Below are positions 24,389 to 36,096 of a DNA stretch of 64,000 bases, one piece after another. The position numbers and the translations under genes are program-made. The stretch spans positions 4,092,001-4,156,000 of the forward strand of contig JASTWF010000035.1 in assembly GCA_030390025.1 (NCBI GenBank), written 5' to 3'. This DNA is from Squalus acanthias. Its lineage: Eukaryota. Within the stretch, counting starts at the first letter, position 1. Each line of letters opens with the position of its first letter. The notes beneath the pieces were generated by a model that was given only the letters and a program-made list of their open reading frames with translations, was not told where the DNA came from and did no database searches.

Positions 24389-24800
24389 GGGTACTAGATA
24401 GGCTGGCTGTACTTAAAGTAGATAAGTCACCAAGACCGGATGGGATGCATCCTAGGAGCTGAGGGAAGGGAAGGAAAAAATCGCAGAGGTACTGGCCATA
24501 ATCTTCCAATCCTCCTTAGATATGGGGGTGGTGCCAGAGGACTTGAGAATTGCAAATGTTACACCCTTGTTCAAAAAAGGGTGTAAAGGTAAACCCAGCA
24601 ACTACAGGCCAGTCAGTTTAACCTCAGTAGTGGGGAAGCTTTTAGAAACAATAATCAGGGATATTAAGGGAATCAAGGGATATGGGGATAGTGCAGGAAA
24701 GTGGAGATGAGGTAGAAGATCAGCCATGATCTTATTGAATGGCGGAGCAGGCTCGAAGGGCCGAGTGGCCGACTCCTGCTCCTATTTCTTATGTTCTCAG
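24389..24800 (+). mobile_element. CR1 fragments (internal piece joined to a 3' end)
   Basis: DKSPRPDG...NYRPVSLTS then KGIKGYG and tail. Confidence 0.8.
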
Positions 24801-25354
24801 GTTCTTTTGTAAACAGCGAGTTGTTGTGATTAGGTCGCACTGCCCCTCACATCCACGAATGGAAATCCTCTTTTCATTACCTCATCGAATCATTCCAAAG
24901 CTTCTCGCTGAAAGAGAGCCATTCTCCACCGCCCCTTCCTGTTTCTCCTCCCTCTGCTCCTTATGCTCTCCGTCTCGCCACCCGCCCCTTTCCTCTCTTC
25001 CCTCCTCCATCTCTTAACCCACCCTCCAGTAATGATGCTCATTTCCTCACTTTTTCACACCCATCTCTTGATCCGTCTCCTGATATTCCACCATGGAGAG
25101 AGATATACCTGAGGTTCCCGCAGATACACTGGCTCAGACTGAGTGCAAAATGACTCCCAGGAAACAAGGTCCCATTTCTGGCTGTATTTTGAGGATATTG
25201 TTTAATATCTCACCGACCTGCTCCGTAGTCTCTCTTCCCCTGAATGGGTTTTTATAGCATTAGAATGACACAGATTCTCCCCCAGTCTGTGCCTGATGAG
25301 CGGGAATGAAGGATGGATGGCTTCAAACTTTACTCTTTGTCCAGGTCTTGGTGC

Positions 25355-26620
25355 CATCTGTCTGTGGGGGTCTCGGTCTGTCTGCGGTGTCCAGGTCAGT
25401 CTGCGGGGGGTCTCGGTCTGTCTGCTGGGTCTCCGTCTGTCTGCGGGGGTCTCGGTCTGTTTGTGTGGCTCTCAGTCAGTCTGCGTGGGTCTCGGTATGT
25501 CTCTGGGTGTCTCCGTCTGTCTGTGGTGGCCTTCGTCTGTCTACAGGGGTCTCGGTCTGTCTCCGGGGGTCTCGTTCTGTCTGCGGGATTTTCGGTCTGT
25601 CTGCGGGGTTCTCGGTCTACATGCGGGGGCCTCTGTCTGTCTGTGGGGTTCTCAAGCTGTCTGCGTGGGTCTCGGTATGTCACCGGGTGTCTCCGGGGGT
25701 TTCTGTCTCTGGGGTCTCGGTCTGTCTGCGTGGGTCTCAGTCAGGCTGCAGGGGTCTAGATCTATCTGTGTGGGTCTGGGGCTGTTTGCGGGGGTCTCAG
25801 TATGTCTCCGGGTGTCTCTGACTGTCTGCAGGGGTCTCGGTCTGTCTATGGATGTCTCGGTCTGTTTGTGGGTGTCTCCGTCTGTCTGTGGGGGTCTTCG
25901 GTCTGTTTTTGCGGGTCTCGGTCTGTTTGTGCAGGGGGCTCGGTCGGTCTGCGGGGTCTCCGTCTCTCTGTGTGGCTCTCAGTCTGCCTGCCGGGCTCTC
26001 AGTCTGTCTGCAGGGTGTCGTAAGAATGAGCCTTACGCGTGGTGAACTTAAAGTAAGCTTTAATCAACTAAAAAGGTGCTACATACAAAAGAGGTCTTAC
26101 TCTATGCCTCTCCAGGATCCGACTGATCAGCCCAGTATTTATCCTGGACTAATCTCAGGAAGTGATGTAATAAAGTTCAAGTCACAGGAAGCTGTATTGT
26201 GTTACCACACAGGGGTCTCAGTCTGCCTGCGGGGGTCTCGGTATGTCACCGGGTGTCTGCCAGGGTCTTGATCTGTCTGCGGATGTCTTGGTCTGTCTGT
26301 GGGGGTCTCCATCTGTCTGCAGGGGTCTGGTTCAGTTTGCGGGGGTCTCGGTCTGTTCGTGGGTGTTTCAGTCTCTCTGTGGGTATCTGGGTCTCAGTCT
26401 GTCTGCGTGGGTCTTGGTATGTTTCCAGGTGTCTCCATCTGTCTGTGGAAGTCTTTGTCTGTCTGTGGGGATCTCAGTCTGCCTGCGGGGGCTCGGTCTG
26501 TCTGTGTCTGTTTGTGATGGTCTCCGTCTGTCTGTGGGTGTCTTCGTCTGTCTCGGTCTGTTTGTGGGGGTCTCAGTTTGTCTGCGAGTGTCTCGATCTG
26601 CCTGTGGATGTCTCGGTCAG
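25355..26620. repeat. Degenerate ~20-bp minisatellite (GTCTGTCTGCGGGGGTCTCG)
   Basis: Directly visible; interrupted by a solo LTR. Confidence 0.9.
26016..26209 (-). mobile_element. Solo LTR, 194 bp
   Basis: TG...CA ends with inverted repeats TGTCGTAA / TTACCACA; perfect 5-bp TSD CAGGG; minus-strand GATAAATA followed by ATTAAA. Confidence 0.8.
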
Positions 26621-26800
26621 TTTACGACAATCCGATAGTTTCATGGTTACCATTACTGATACTAGTAATTATTCCAGATTTATTTAATGAACTGAATTTA
26701 AATTCCCCAGCTGCCGTGGTGGGATTTGAACTCACGTCTCTGGATCATTAGTCCAGGCCTCTGGATTACTAGCCCAGTGACATCACCACTATGCTACCGT
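26620..26800 (-). mobile_element. 5' part of a second tRNA-derived SINE family
   Basis: Minus strand GGTAGCATAGTGG (A-box) ... GAGTTCAAATCCC (B-box). Confidence 0.7.
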
Positions 26801-27254
26801 TCCTGTGGCAAGGTTTTAAGTATCTCCAGGTCTCCGCCTTCTTTTAATGTTGCAGGGCAGTGTGACAGGCGTGACCCGTGACACACATGGCCTGTGACAG
26901 GCACGGCGTGACACTCTGAGTTGGAAGATATGTCAGTCAGCAGCGCAATGCGAGATTAAATTTAATCGAGGCTTGTGTAAAGTATAACCCTACCCCAGTC
27001 TCGTTCCCACCCCCACCTACTCTCCCGGACCCCCTCCCCACCTCGGTCCCCCCCACTCTCCCCTCCCCCATCACCCTTCAATGGAATGAACATACTGGAC
27101 TTTGGGAAATGATTTATTCAGATTTTCCAATATTACAGTGGATGAAGCTGATTTCATTAAACTTTCAGTCGCAGTTCAATCTTTGACCAGCGCACAATAT
27201 AAAGAGCCAGAAACGCCTGTCAATGCCTCGCACCAACAGCCCTTACACCAACAG

Positions 27255-27385
27255 GCACCACACGGGCACCACACGGGCAGCACGGGCACCACACGGGCAG
27301 CACAGGTACCTCACGGGCAGCACGGGTACCTCACGGGCAGCACGGGTACCTCACGGGCAGCACACGGGCAGCACACAGGCACGAG
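27255..27385. repeat. Short ~20-bp tandem repeat (CACGGGCAGCACGGGTACCT)
   Basis: Directly visible. Confidence 0.85.
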
Positions 27386-27547
27386 CAGCGAACTGAAGGA
27401 CAATAATCAAAAGCAAAACAACAACTGAGACACGAACATAAATCAGCAAATTGTGAGGGCAGTCGCTTGTTCGAGACTCGATTCACAAATACACAATTAT
27501 GTGTGATACACATGGGGTGTGGGTGTTACTGGAAGGAGAGGGAGTAA

Positions 27548-27910
27548 ACAACAACAACTTATATTTATACAGCACCTTTAATGTAGTAAAACATCCCAAG
27601 GCGCTTCACAGGAGCGATTATCAAACAAAATTTGACACCGAGCCAGATAAGGAGCTGTTAGGGCAAATGAAAGAGGGAGGTTTTAAGGAACATCTTGAAG
27701 GAGGAAAGAGAGGTAGTGAGGCGGAGAGGTTTAGGGAGGGAGTTCCAGAGCTTAGGGCCTCGTAAGCTGAAGTCACGGCCGCCAATGGTGGAGCGATTAT
27801 AATCAGGGATGCTCAAGAGGGCAGAATTAGAGGAGCGCAGATATCTCGGGGGGTTGTGGGGCTGAAGGGGGTTACAGAGATAGGGAGGGGCAAGGCCACG
27901 GAGGGATTAG
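27548..27910 (-). mobile_element. L2-like LINE 3' end
   Basis: Minus strand encodes IGGRDFS...PKLWNSLP; ends GGTGCTGTATAAATATAAG(TTG)n, similar to the DeuSINE tail; related scrap at ~16120-16232. Confidence 0.7.
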
Positions 27911-30900
27911 TGTAGGTGTAAGTGTGTGTGTCAGTGTAAGTGTGAGTGAGAGTCGGTGTCAGTGTCAGTGTGAGTGTGAGTGTGAGTCAGTGTCAGTCGG
28001 TGTCAGTGTCAGTGTGAGTGAGTGTGAGTGTGAGTCAGTGTGAGTGAGTGTGAGTATGAGTCGGTGTCAGTGTGAGTGTGAGTGAGTGTGAGTGTGAGTT
28101 GGTATCAGTGTGAGTGTGAGTCAGTGTCAGTGTGAGTGTGAGTATGAGTCGGTGTGAGTGTGAGTGTGACTCGGTGAGTGTGAGTGTGAATGAGTGTGAC
28201 TCGGTGAGTGTGAGTGTGACTCAGTGAGTGTGAGTGTGACTCGGCGAGTGTGAGTGTGACTCGGTGAGTGTGAGTGTGACTCAGTGAGTGTGAGTGTGAC
28301 TCGGTGAGTGTGACTCGGTGAGTGTGAGTGTGAGTGTGACTCGGTGAGTGCGACTCGGTGAGTGTGAGTGTGAGTGTGACTCGGTGAGTGTGAGTGTGGC
28401 TCGGTGAGTGTGTGTGTGAGTGTGATTCGGTGAGTGTGACTCAGTGAGTGTGAGTGTGACTCGGTGAGTGTGAGTGTGAGTGTGAGTGTGACTCGGTGAG
28501 TGTGACTCGGTGAGTGTGAGTGTGAGTGTGACTCGGTGAGTGTGACTCGGTGAGTGTGAGCGTGAGTGTGACTCGGTGAGTGTGAGTGTGAGTGTGACTC
28601 GGCAAGTGTGAGTGTGAGTGTGACTCGGTGAGTGTGAGTGTGACTCGGTGAGTGTGACTCGGTGAGTGTGACTCGGCGAGTGTGAGTGTGAGTGTGACTC
28701 AGCGAGTGTGACTCGGCGAGTGTGACTCGGTGAGTGTGAGTGTGACTTGGTGAGTGTGAGTGTGACTCGGCGAGTGTGACTCGGCGAGTGTGACTCGGCG
28801 AGTGTGAGTGTGACTCGGTGAGTGTGAGTGTGACTCGGTGAGTGTGAGTGTGAGTGTGACTCGGTGAGTGTGAGTGTGAGTGTGACTCGGTGAGTGTGAC
28901 TCGGTGAGTGTGACTCGGCGAGTGTGAGTGTGACTCGGTGAGTGTGACTCGGTGAGTGTGACTCGGCGAGTGTGAGTGTGAGTCGGTGAGTGTGACTCGG
29001 CGAGTGTGAGTGTGAGTCGGTGAGTGTGACTCGGTGAGTGTGACTCAGTGAGTGTGACTCGGCGAGTGTGAGTGTGAGTCAGTGAGTGTGACTCGGTGAG
29101 TGTGAGTGTGAGTGTGACTCGGTGAGTGTGACTCGGTGAGTGTGACTCGGCGAGTGTGAGTGTGACTCGGTGAGTGTGACTCGGTGAGTGTGACTCGGCG
29201 AGTGTGAGTGTGAGTCGGTGAGTGTGACTCGGCGAGTGTGAGTGTGAGTCGGTGAGTGTGACTCGGTGAGTGTGACTCAGTGAGTGTGACTCGGCGAGTG
29301 TGAGTGTGACTCGGTGAGTGTGACTCGGTGAGTGTGAGTGTGACTCAGTGAGTGTGACTCGGTGAGTGTGACTCGGTGAGTGTGACTCGGCGAGTGTGAG
29401 TGTGACTCGGTGAGTGTGACTCGGTGAGTGTGACTCGGCGAGTGTGAGTGTGACTCGGTGAGTGTGACTCGGCGAGTGTGAGTGTGACTCGGTGAGTGTG
29501 ACTCGGCGAGTGTGAGTGTGACTCGGTGAGTGTGACTCGGTGAGTGTGAGTGTGACTCGGTGAGTGTGACTCGGTGAGTGTGAGTGTGACTCGGTGAGTG
29601 TGACTCGGTGAGTGTGAGTGTGACTCGGTGAGTGTGACTCGGCGAGTGTGAGTGTGACTCGGTGAGTGTGACTCGGTGAGTGTGACTCGGCGAGTGTGAG
29701 TGTGACTCAGTGAGTGTGACTCGGTGAGTGTGACTCGGTGAGTGTGAGTGTGTCTCGGTGAGTGTGACTCGGTGAGTGTGAGTGTGACTCGGTGAGTGTG
29801 ACTCGGTGAGTGTGAGTGTGACTCGGTGAGTGTGACTCGGCGAGTGTGAGTGTGACTCGGGGAGTGTGACTCGGTGAGTGTGACTCGGTGAGTGTGAGTG
29901 TGACTCGGTGAGTGTGACTCGGCGAGTGTGACTCGGCGAGTGTGAGTGTGACTCGGTGAGTGTGACTCGGTGAGTGTGAGTGTGAGTCGGTGAGTGTGAC
30001 TCGGTGAGTGTGACTCGGCGAGTGTGACTCGGTGAGTGTGACTCGGCGAGTGTGACTCGGTGAGTGTGAGTGTGACTCGGTGAGTGTGACTCGGTGAGTT
30101 TGAGTGTGACTCGGTGAGTGTGACTCGGTGAGTGTGAGTGTGACTCGGCGAGTGTGACTCGGTGAGTGTGAGTGTGACTCGGTGAGTGTGACTCGGTGAG
30201 TGTGAGTGTGACTCGGTGAGTGTGACTCGGCGAGTGTGACTCGGTGAGTGTGAGTGTGACTCGGTGAGTGTGACTCGGCGAGTGTGACTCGGTGAGTGTG
30301 AGTGTGTCTCGGTGAGTGTGACTCGGTGAGTGTGACTCCGTGAGTGTGAGTGTGACTCAGTGAGTGTGAGTGTGACTCGGTGAGTGTGAGTGTGACTCAG
30401 TGAGTGTGACTCGGTGAGTGTGACTCGGTGAGTGTGAGTGTGACTCGGTGAGTGTGACTCGGCGAGTGTGAGTGTGACTCAGTGAGTGTGACTCGGTGAG
30501 TGTGAGTGTCACTCGGTGAGTGTGACTCGGTGAGTGTGACTCGGCGAGTGTGAGTGTGACTCGGTGAGTGTGACTCGGTGAGTGTGAGTGTGACTCGGTG
30601 AGTGTGACTCGGTGAGTGTGAGTGTGACTCGGTGAGTGTGACTCGGTGAGTGTGAGTGTGACTCGGTGAGTGTGACTCGGTGAGTGTGAGTGTGACTCGG
30701 TGAGTGTGACTCGGTGAGTGTGAGTGTGACTCGGTGAGTGTGACTCGGTGAGTGTGAGTGTGACTCGGTGAGTGTGACTCGGTGAGTGTGAGTGTGACTC
30801 GGTGAGTGTGACTCGGTGAGTGTGAGTGTGACTCGGTGAGTGTGACTCGGTGAGTGTGACTCGGTGAGTGTGAGTGTGACTCGGTGAGTGTGACTCGGTG

Positions 30901-30915
30901 AGTGTGAGTGTGACT
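27911..30915. repeat. 3-kb satellite of GAGTGT hexamers and 14/20-bp units GAGTGT(GAGTGT)GACTCGGT
   Basis: Directly visible. Confidence 0.97.
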
Positions 30916-31130
30916 GAAGCCCTATTCACTGTACAATGATGTGGATTGGAGACACACCAGGTGCTGCCTCACCAGCCCCGTGGGGGGATTCTGATTTTGG
31001 GTTGTGTAGAAAGGGTGATATCGGATCTGCCGCTGGGAGTTGTGTACTGAGCGTGTGATCCGATATCGCCCATTTTACACGATTGCCCAATTGAGCGGTT
31101 GAAGGGGAGGAGCTCCTGAGATCGGGTGAA

Positions 31131-32229
31131 TCAGGCATAGAACGGCCTGATCACGAACCTCAGCGCTGAGATTCCCGTCTCACAACCAAACATGAAGAGG
31201 CTGCTACTGTTGAGAAATGGGAGCACGGCAGTGGAATTCTTCATCTCCTGGACATAGGACACATACGTGTCGTTACAGAGCAGGAGGATCCTGTTGCGAT
31301 ACGTGATGGAGTCTTGGTGGAGGTAGGAGGAGGTGGACAAGGCTGCCACTGGGTACGTATCGTACGGGCAGATAACATTACTGTTCCTACAGCGCTGGGC
31401 GTTGCTATGGTAATAAGCTGACCAGGAGAGTTTGGTGGAGCTGTACAGCTGACTGGTATGTTTGGAGGTCTGGAAGTAGGAGCTAGGGGAGGAACGGTAT
31501 GGATTATAACCTCCATAGTAACGATCCCCATAGTTATATCTACCTCCATAAAAACTATCGCGCGTGTTGGTAGTGGCTCCCCGCCCAGAGCTATGGCCAG
31601 CAGAGGTTATTTGGAGCAGTGTGCTCCAATCTGATGAGGTGTAGATTCTGGGCTGGAAGCTCGGGTCAGACATATTTCTGTAATATTTTAGCTTCTGCAC
31701 AGGTACTGAATGGAATTCAAAGGCTTCCAGGAGCTTTTGTGTGAAGATATTCTCAAACTGTTCGTAGAGGCTCGAGTTAAATGGGATGGAGACCAACTCC
31801 TCCGGAGTCATCATAGGGAAGCGGATCTTCCCTATTAACAAGTCAACCAGTTCAGTCCTTTCATTCTGGGCAATCCAAGAGTCCACAGCCTGGAACAATG
31901 TGAACTCACTCTCAATGGCCACGTCCGACCTCTGGAGCAGAGTGTCCAGCTCTTCTGCTGTCAGATCGTACCATGCCGGGTCCTTACTGAAGGATTCACA
32001 GTTCCAGGCAAAATACTCCAAGCAAATCTCTTTCAGCAGTGAATCCTCCACAGCCTCCGCATAGTTATAGAGCTCCAGCTGGTGTTTGAAGGAAGGATCT
32101 TGTGGGAGAAGTTTGTAGAAGAGTTTATCGCAGTAATCCCGAATAGCAGTCACCCCGTAATCGGAAGCCATGTTGTGAAAACATTTGACTGATGCCAACT
32201 TGATGTTTATTTTCTTGGTGTAAAAATAC
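31131..32229 (-). CDS. LGALS3BP: Galectin-3-binding protein, last coding exon (end of BTB, BACK, C-terminal domain)
   Basis: RYFYTKKINIKLASVKCFHNMASDYG...LLPQDPSF...CLEYFAWN...LLQRSD...IRFPMM...EAFEF...PRIYT...FQT...FVIRPFY* matches recalled LGALS3BP motifs; acceptor TTTTTCCTTCAG, phase 2. Confidence 0.92.
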
Positions 32230-32322
32230 CTGAAGGAAAAAGGCCGATGAGAAAAGGAGACTGAGGTGATGTCATTCCAGATCCCCGTTCTCACCTTCAT
32301 GAGGCCAGGACATGAAATACAC

Positions 32323-32601
32323 TCGAGCCCCAAAGCACGAGCCCCAAAACACGAGCCCCAAAGCACGAGCCCCAAAACACGAGCCCCAAAACACGAGCCC
32401 CAAAGCACGAGCCCCAAAGCACGAGCCCCAAAGCACGAGCCCCAAAGCACGAGCCCCAAAGCACGAGCCCCAAAACACGAGCCCCAAAACACGAGCCCCA
32501 AAACACGAGCCCCAAAGCACGAGCCCCAAAACACGAGCCCCAAAACACGAGCCCCAAAACACGAGCCCCAAAACACGAGCCCCAAAGCACGAGCCCCAAA
32601 G
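32323..32601. repeat. 14-bp minisatellite (R)CACGAGCCCCAAA, ~20 copies, intronic
   Basis: Directly visible, ~95 bp from the acceptor. Confidence 0.95.
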
Positions 32602-32682
32602 CTGAAACAGGAAGGCACCATTTAAGACAAGATGTCTTGTGTAACTTTTAAAACCCAAATTACATACTAACACTGTAATAAA

Positions 32683-33142
32683 TCATAGAATAGTACAGCA
32701 CAAAAGGAGGCCATTGGGCCCATCGAGTCTGCGCCGGCTCTTTCGAAGAGCAATCCAGTTAGTCCCACTGCCCCACTCTTTCCCCATATCCCTGCAATTT
32801 TTTCTCCTTCAGGTACTTATCCAATTCCCTTTTGAAGGGTACTATTGAATCTGAATCCACCGCCCTATCAGGCAGTGCATTCCAAATCCTAAACACTCGC
32901 TGCGTAAAAAAGTTTTCCCTCATGTCGCCTCTGGTTCTTTTGCCAATCACCTTAAATCTGTGTCCTCTGGTTCTCGACCCTTCTGCCAATGGGAACAGTT
33001 TCTCTCTATCTACTCTGTCCAGACCCCTCATGATTTTGAACACCTCTATCAAATCTCCTCTCAATCTTCTCTGCTCTAAGGAGAACAACCCCAGCTTCTG
33101 CAGTCTATCAACGTAACTGAAGTCCCTCATCCCTGAAATCAT
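32683..33142 (-). mobile_element. CR1 3' fragment
   Basis: ORF 32759-33142; GATTCTAT-type tail. Confidence 0.9.
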
Positions 33143-33712
33143 TCAAAAAGGCTAATGGGATGCTGGCCTTTATATCTAGAGGACTAGAGTACAAGGGGGT
33201 AGAAGTTATTCTGCAGCTGTACAAAACCCTGGTTAGACCACACCTGGAACCTGTGAGCAGTTCTGGGCATCACACCTTAGGAAGGATACATTGGCCTTGG
33301 AGGGAGTGCAGTGTAGGTTTACCAGAATGATACCCGGACTTCAAGGGTTAAGTTACGAGGAGGGATTACACAAACTGGGGTTGTATTCCCTAGAATTTAG
33401 AAGGTTAAGGGTGATCTGATCGAAGTTTTCAGGATATTAAGGGGAACAGATAGGGTAGAGAGAGAAACTATTTCCGCTGGTTGGGGATTCTAGGACTAGG
33501 GGGCAGAGTCTAAAAATGAGAGCCAGACCTTTCAGGAGTGAAATTAGGAAACACTTCTACACACAAAGGGTGGTAGAAGTTTGGAACTCTCTTCCGCAAA
33601 CGGCAATTGATGCTCGATCAATTGTTAATTTTAAATCGGAGATTTTTGTTAACCAAAGGTATTAAGGGATATGGGCCAAAGGTATATAGAGTTAGGACAC
33701 AGATCAGCCATG
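33143..33712 (+). mobile_element. Decayed CR1 3' fragment
   Basis: KKANGMLAFISRG...WNSLP; frameshifted. Confidence 0.85.
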
Positions 33713-34066
33713 AGCGGCCTAGAGTGGCGAGGGAACAGAGGCGGCGGACCTGCGAGGGAACAGAGGCGGCGAGCGGCGGTACTTAAGGTGAGCCCCGAGG
33801 CGGTTTACAAATCCAGGTTCCGGGAGAGGGAAGCAAAAAGTATTTGTAGTGTGACGTCACCAAAAAGCAGGTAAGTGATTGGTTGGTGAATGTTTTCTTT
33901 CTCAATTTTTCTAAACTTAAATTTTGTGGTTTCTACGGTCTCTTTGTGTAGCGGGGACTACTGTTAAGCAAGGGCCCTTGAGTATATCACTTAATTCCAG
34001 TGTAATTGGTTGGATATATTTAATTTTAATTTAATCTTAATTAATTAATTAATTAAAGGGTAAGTC

Positions 34067-35017
34067 ATGGCAGGACAGCTCGGTGCTGTGACATGCTCTT
34101 CCTGCACTATGTGGGAAATCAGGGTCACTTCCTGTGCCCCTGACAACCATGTGTGCGGGAGATGTATCCAGCTGCAGCTACTGACAGACCGTATTGCGGC
34201 GCTGGAGCTGCGGATGGATGCATACTGGAGCATTCGCGATGCTAAGGACATTGTGGATAGCACGTTTAGGGAGTTGGTCACACCGCAGGTAAAGGGTGTA
34301 CAGGCAGGAAGGGAATGGGTGACCACCAGGCAGAGAAATAGGCGCAGGCAGGTAGTGCAGGGGTCCCCTGTGGCCATCCCCCTCTCAAACAGATATACCG
34401 CTTTGGATATTGTTGAGGGAGATGGCTTATCAGGGGAAGACAGCAGCAGCCAACTTCCTTGCACCATAGGTGGTTCTGCTGCACAAGATGGGAGGAAAAA
34501 GAGTGGGAGAGCTATAGTGATAGGGGATTCAATTGTAAGGGGAATAGATAGGCGTTTCTGCGGCCGCAAACGAGACTCCAGGATGGTATGTTGCCTCCCT
34601 GGTGCAAGGGTCAAGGATGTCTCAGAGCGGCTGCAGAGCATTTTGGAAGGGGAGGGTGAACAGCCAGTTGTCGTGGCACATACAGGTACCAACGATGTAG
34701 GTAAAAAACGGGATGAGGTCCTAAAAGCAGAATATAGGGAGTTAGGAGGTAAATTAAAAAATAGGACCTCAAAGGTAGTAATCTCAGGATTGCTACCAGT
34801 GCCACGTGCTAGTCAGAGTAGAAATAGAAGGATATTTCAAATGAATACGTGGCTAGAGGAATGGTGCAAGGGGGAGGGATTCAAATTCCTGGGGCATTGG
34901 AACCGGTTCTGGGGGAGGTGGGACCAGTACAAATGGGACGGTTTGCACCTGGGCAGGACCGGGACCGATGTCCTAGGGGGAGTGTTTGCTAGTGCTCTGG
35001 GGGAGGGTTTAAACTAA
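34067..35017 (+). CDS. CR1 ORF1p: zinc finger, coiled coil, SGNH esterase-like domain
   Basis: CSSC...HVCGRC; GDS, PGA, GTND and DGLH blocks. Confidence 0.9.
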   Translation: MAGQLGAVTCSSCTMWEIRVTSCAPDNHVCGRCIQLQLLTDRIAALELRMDAYWSIRDAKDIVDSTFRELVTPQVKGVQAGREWVTTRQRNRRRQVVQGSPVAIPLSNRYTALDIVEGDGLSGEDSSSQLPCTIGGSAAQDGRKKSGRAIVIGDSIVRGIDRRFCGRKRDSRMVCCLPGARVKDVSERLQSILEGEGEQPVVVAHTGTNDVGKKRDEVLKAEYRELGGKLKNRTSKVVISGLLPVPRASQSRNRRIFQMNTWLEEWCKGEGFKFLGHWNRFWGRWDQYKWDGLHLGRTGTDVLGGVFASALGEGLN

Positions 35018-35204
35018 AATGGCAGGGGGTTGGGAACCTGAGCAGGGAGACAGAGGAAAGGGAAACAAGGATAAAAGCAAAAGATAGGAAGGAGAAAAAC
35101 AAAAGTGGCAGTCAGAGAAAACAACGGTTTAAATCAAACATGGCAACAGTAAATACTAATTCTAATAGGTCTAAGAGCGTTAAAAAAACAAGCCTGAAGG
35201 CTTT

Positions 35205-36096
35205 GGGGGAGAAATTCAGTATCGCCCCATTTGGGGCGTAATTATCGGCCGGGCGCAAAGATTAGCGCCTGGCGCTAATTATCGCCACCGAGTGCAAACT
35301 TCACTTTTATCGCCCCTGGAGGTGATTGGAGCGCTAAATCAAGCGCTTCACACCTGTCTTAAGGCGCAAAGGCCGAGGAGCGAGGCGCTACCTCAGAGCG
35401 CTGGCGAAGCTCATGTGATGTTAGTCAGCAATGGAACACAGACACAATGGCACGGGCCAGTTCTTAAAGGGGAGGGTTGATCTTGCTTTCCATCCACATC
35501 CTGCTCATTGCAGCCTTGAATCTCGGCCTGGAGAGACCTGCACATCAAATCTGCTGGAAAGAACAATGGAGAATACCAGGGAAAGAGCTCAGAGTGCAGC
35601 CCCCACAGTCTCTTCTAAATCGTTACAAGGAAGGGCAAAATAAAATGAACCTGCAAAGTGCTGCTCAGTACCCAAAACTCCTTCACACAGAGTTGAATCT
35701 CTCCAGAAGTCTCTCTCTCTCTCTCTCAGAATGCGTGGTTCTAAAATGTCACCAACAATAAAAGGCTGGAAGCGGTCACCTTTAAATAGCGCTCCCCCAG
35801 TCCCTTCCTGACTGCAGAACGCTCCCCTCAACCTATCGTTGCTAGCGGCAGGTGGTAAGACAGGGGGCGCCACTCAATATCCACTCCGGGGCGATACCGG
35901 GGCGTTGCGCACTCGACTGACATCACGATCTGCCGGCGCAGGAGATCGTGGCGGTAGTGTTTCGCGCCACAGCAAAATGTCTAGTTAATTTCGCGAGCGG
36001 CGCAAACATCGCCGCGCCCAGGCGCTAGACGCTTTGCGCCCCATTAGCGCTCCCTTAAGGCGCTAATGGGAGGCGCAACCAACTGAATTTTACCCC
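35205..36096 (-). mobile_element. Non-autonomous Harbinger, copy 3
   Basis: Same sequence and orientation as copy 1; TTT/TAT imperfect TSD; splits the KALCLNARS coding sequence. Confidence 0.95.

Noticed and set aside
32230..32621. N-terminal GARVLGLVFWGSCF repeats of the 496-aa ORF
   Set aside because: Intronic 14-bp minisatellite upstream of the acceptor at 32230.
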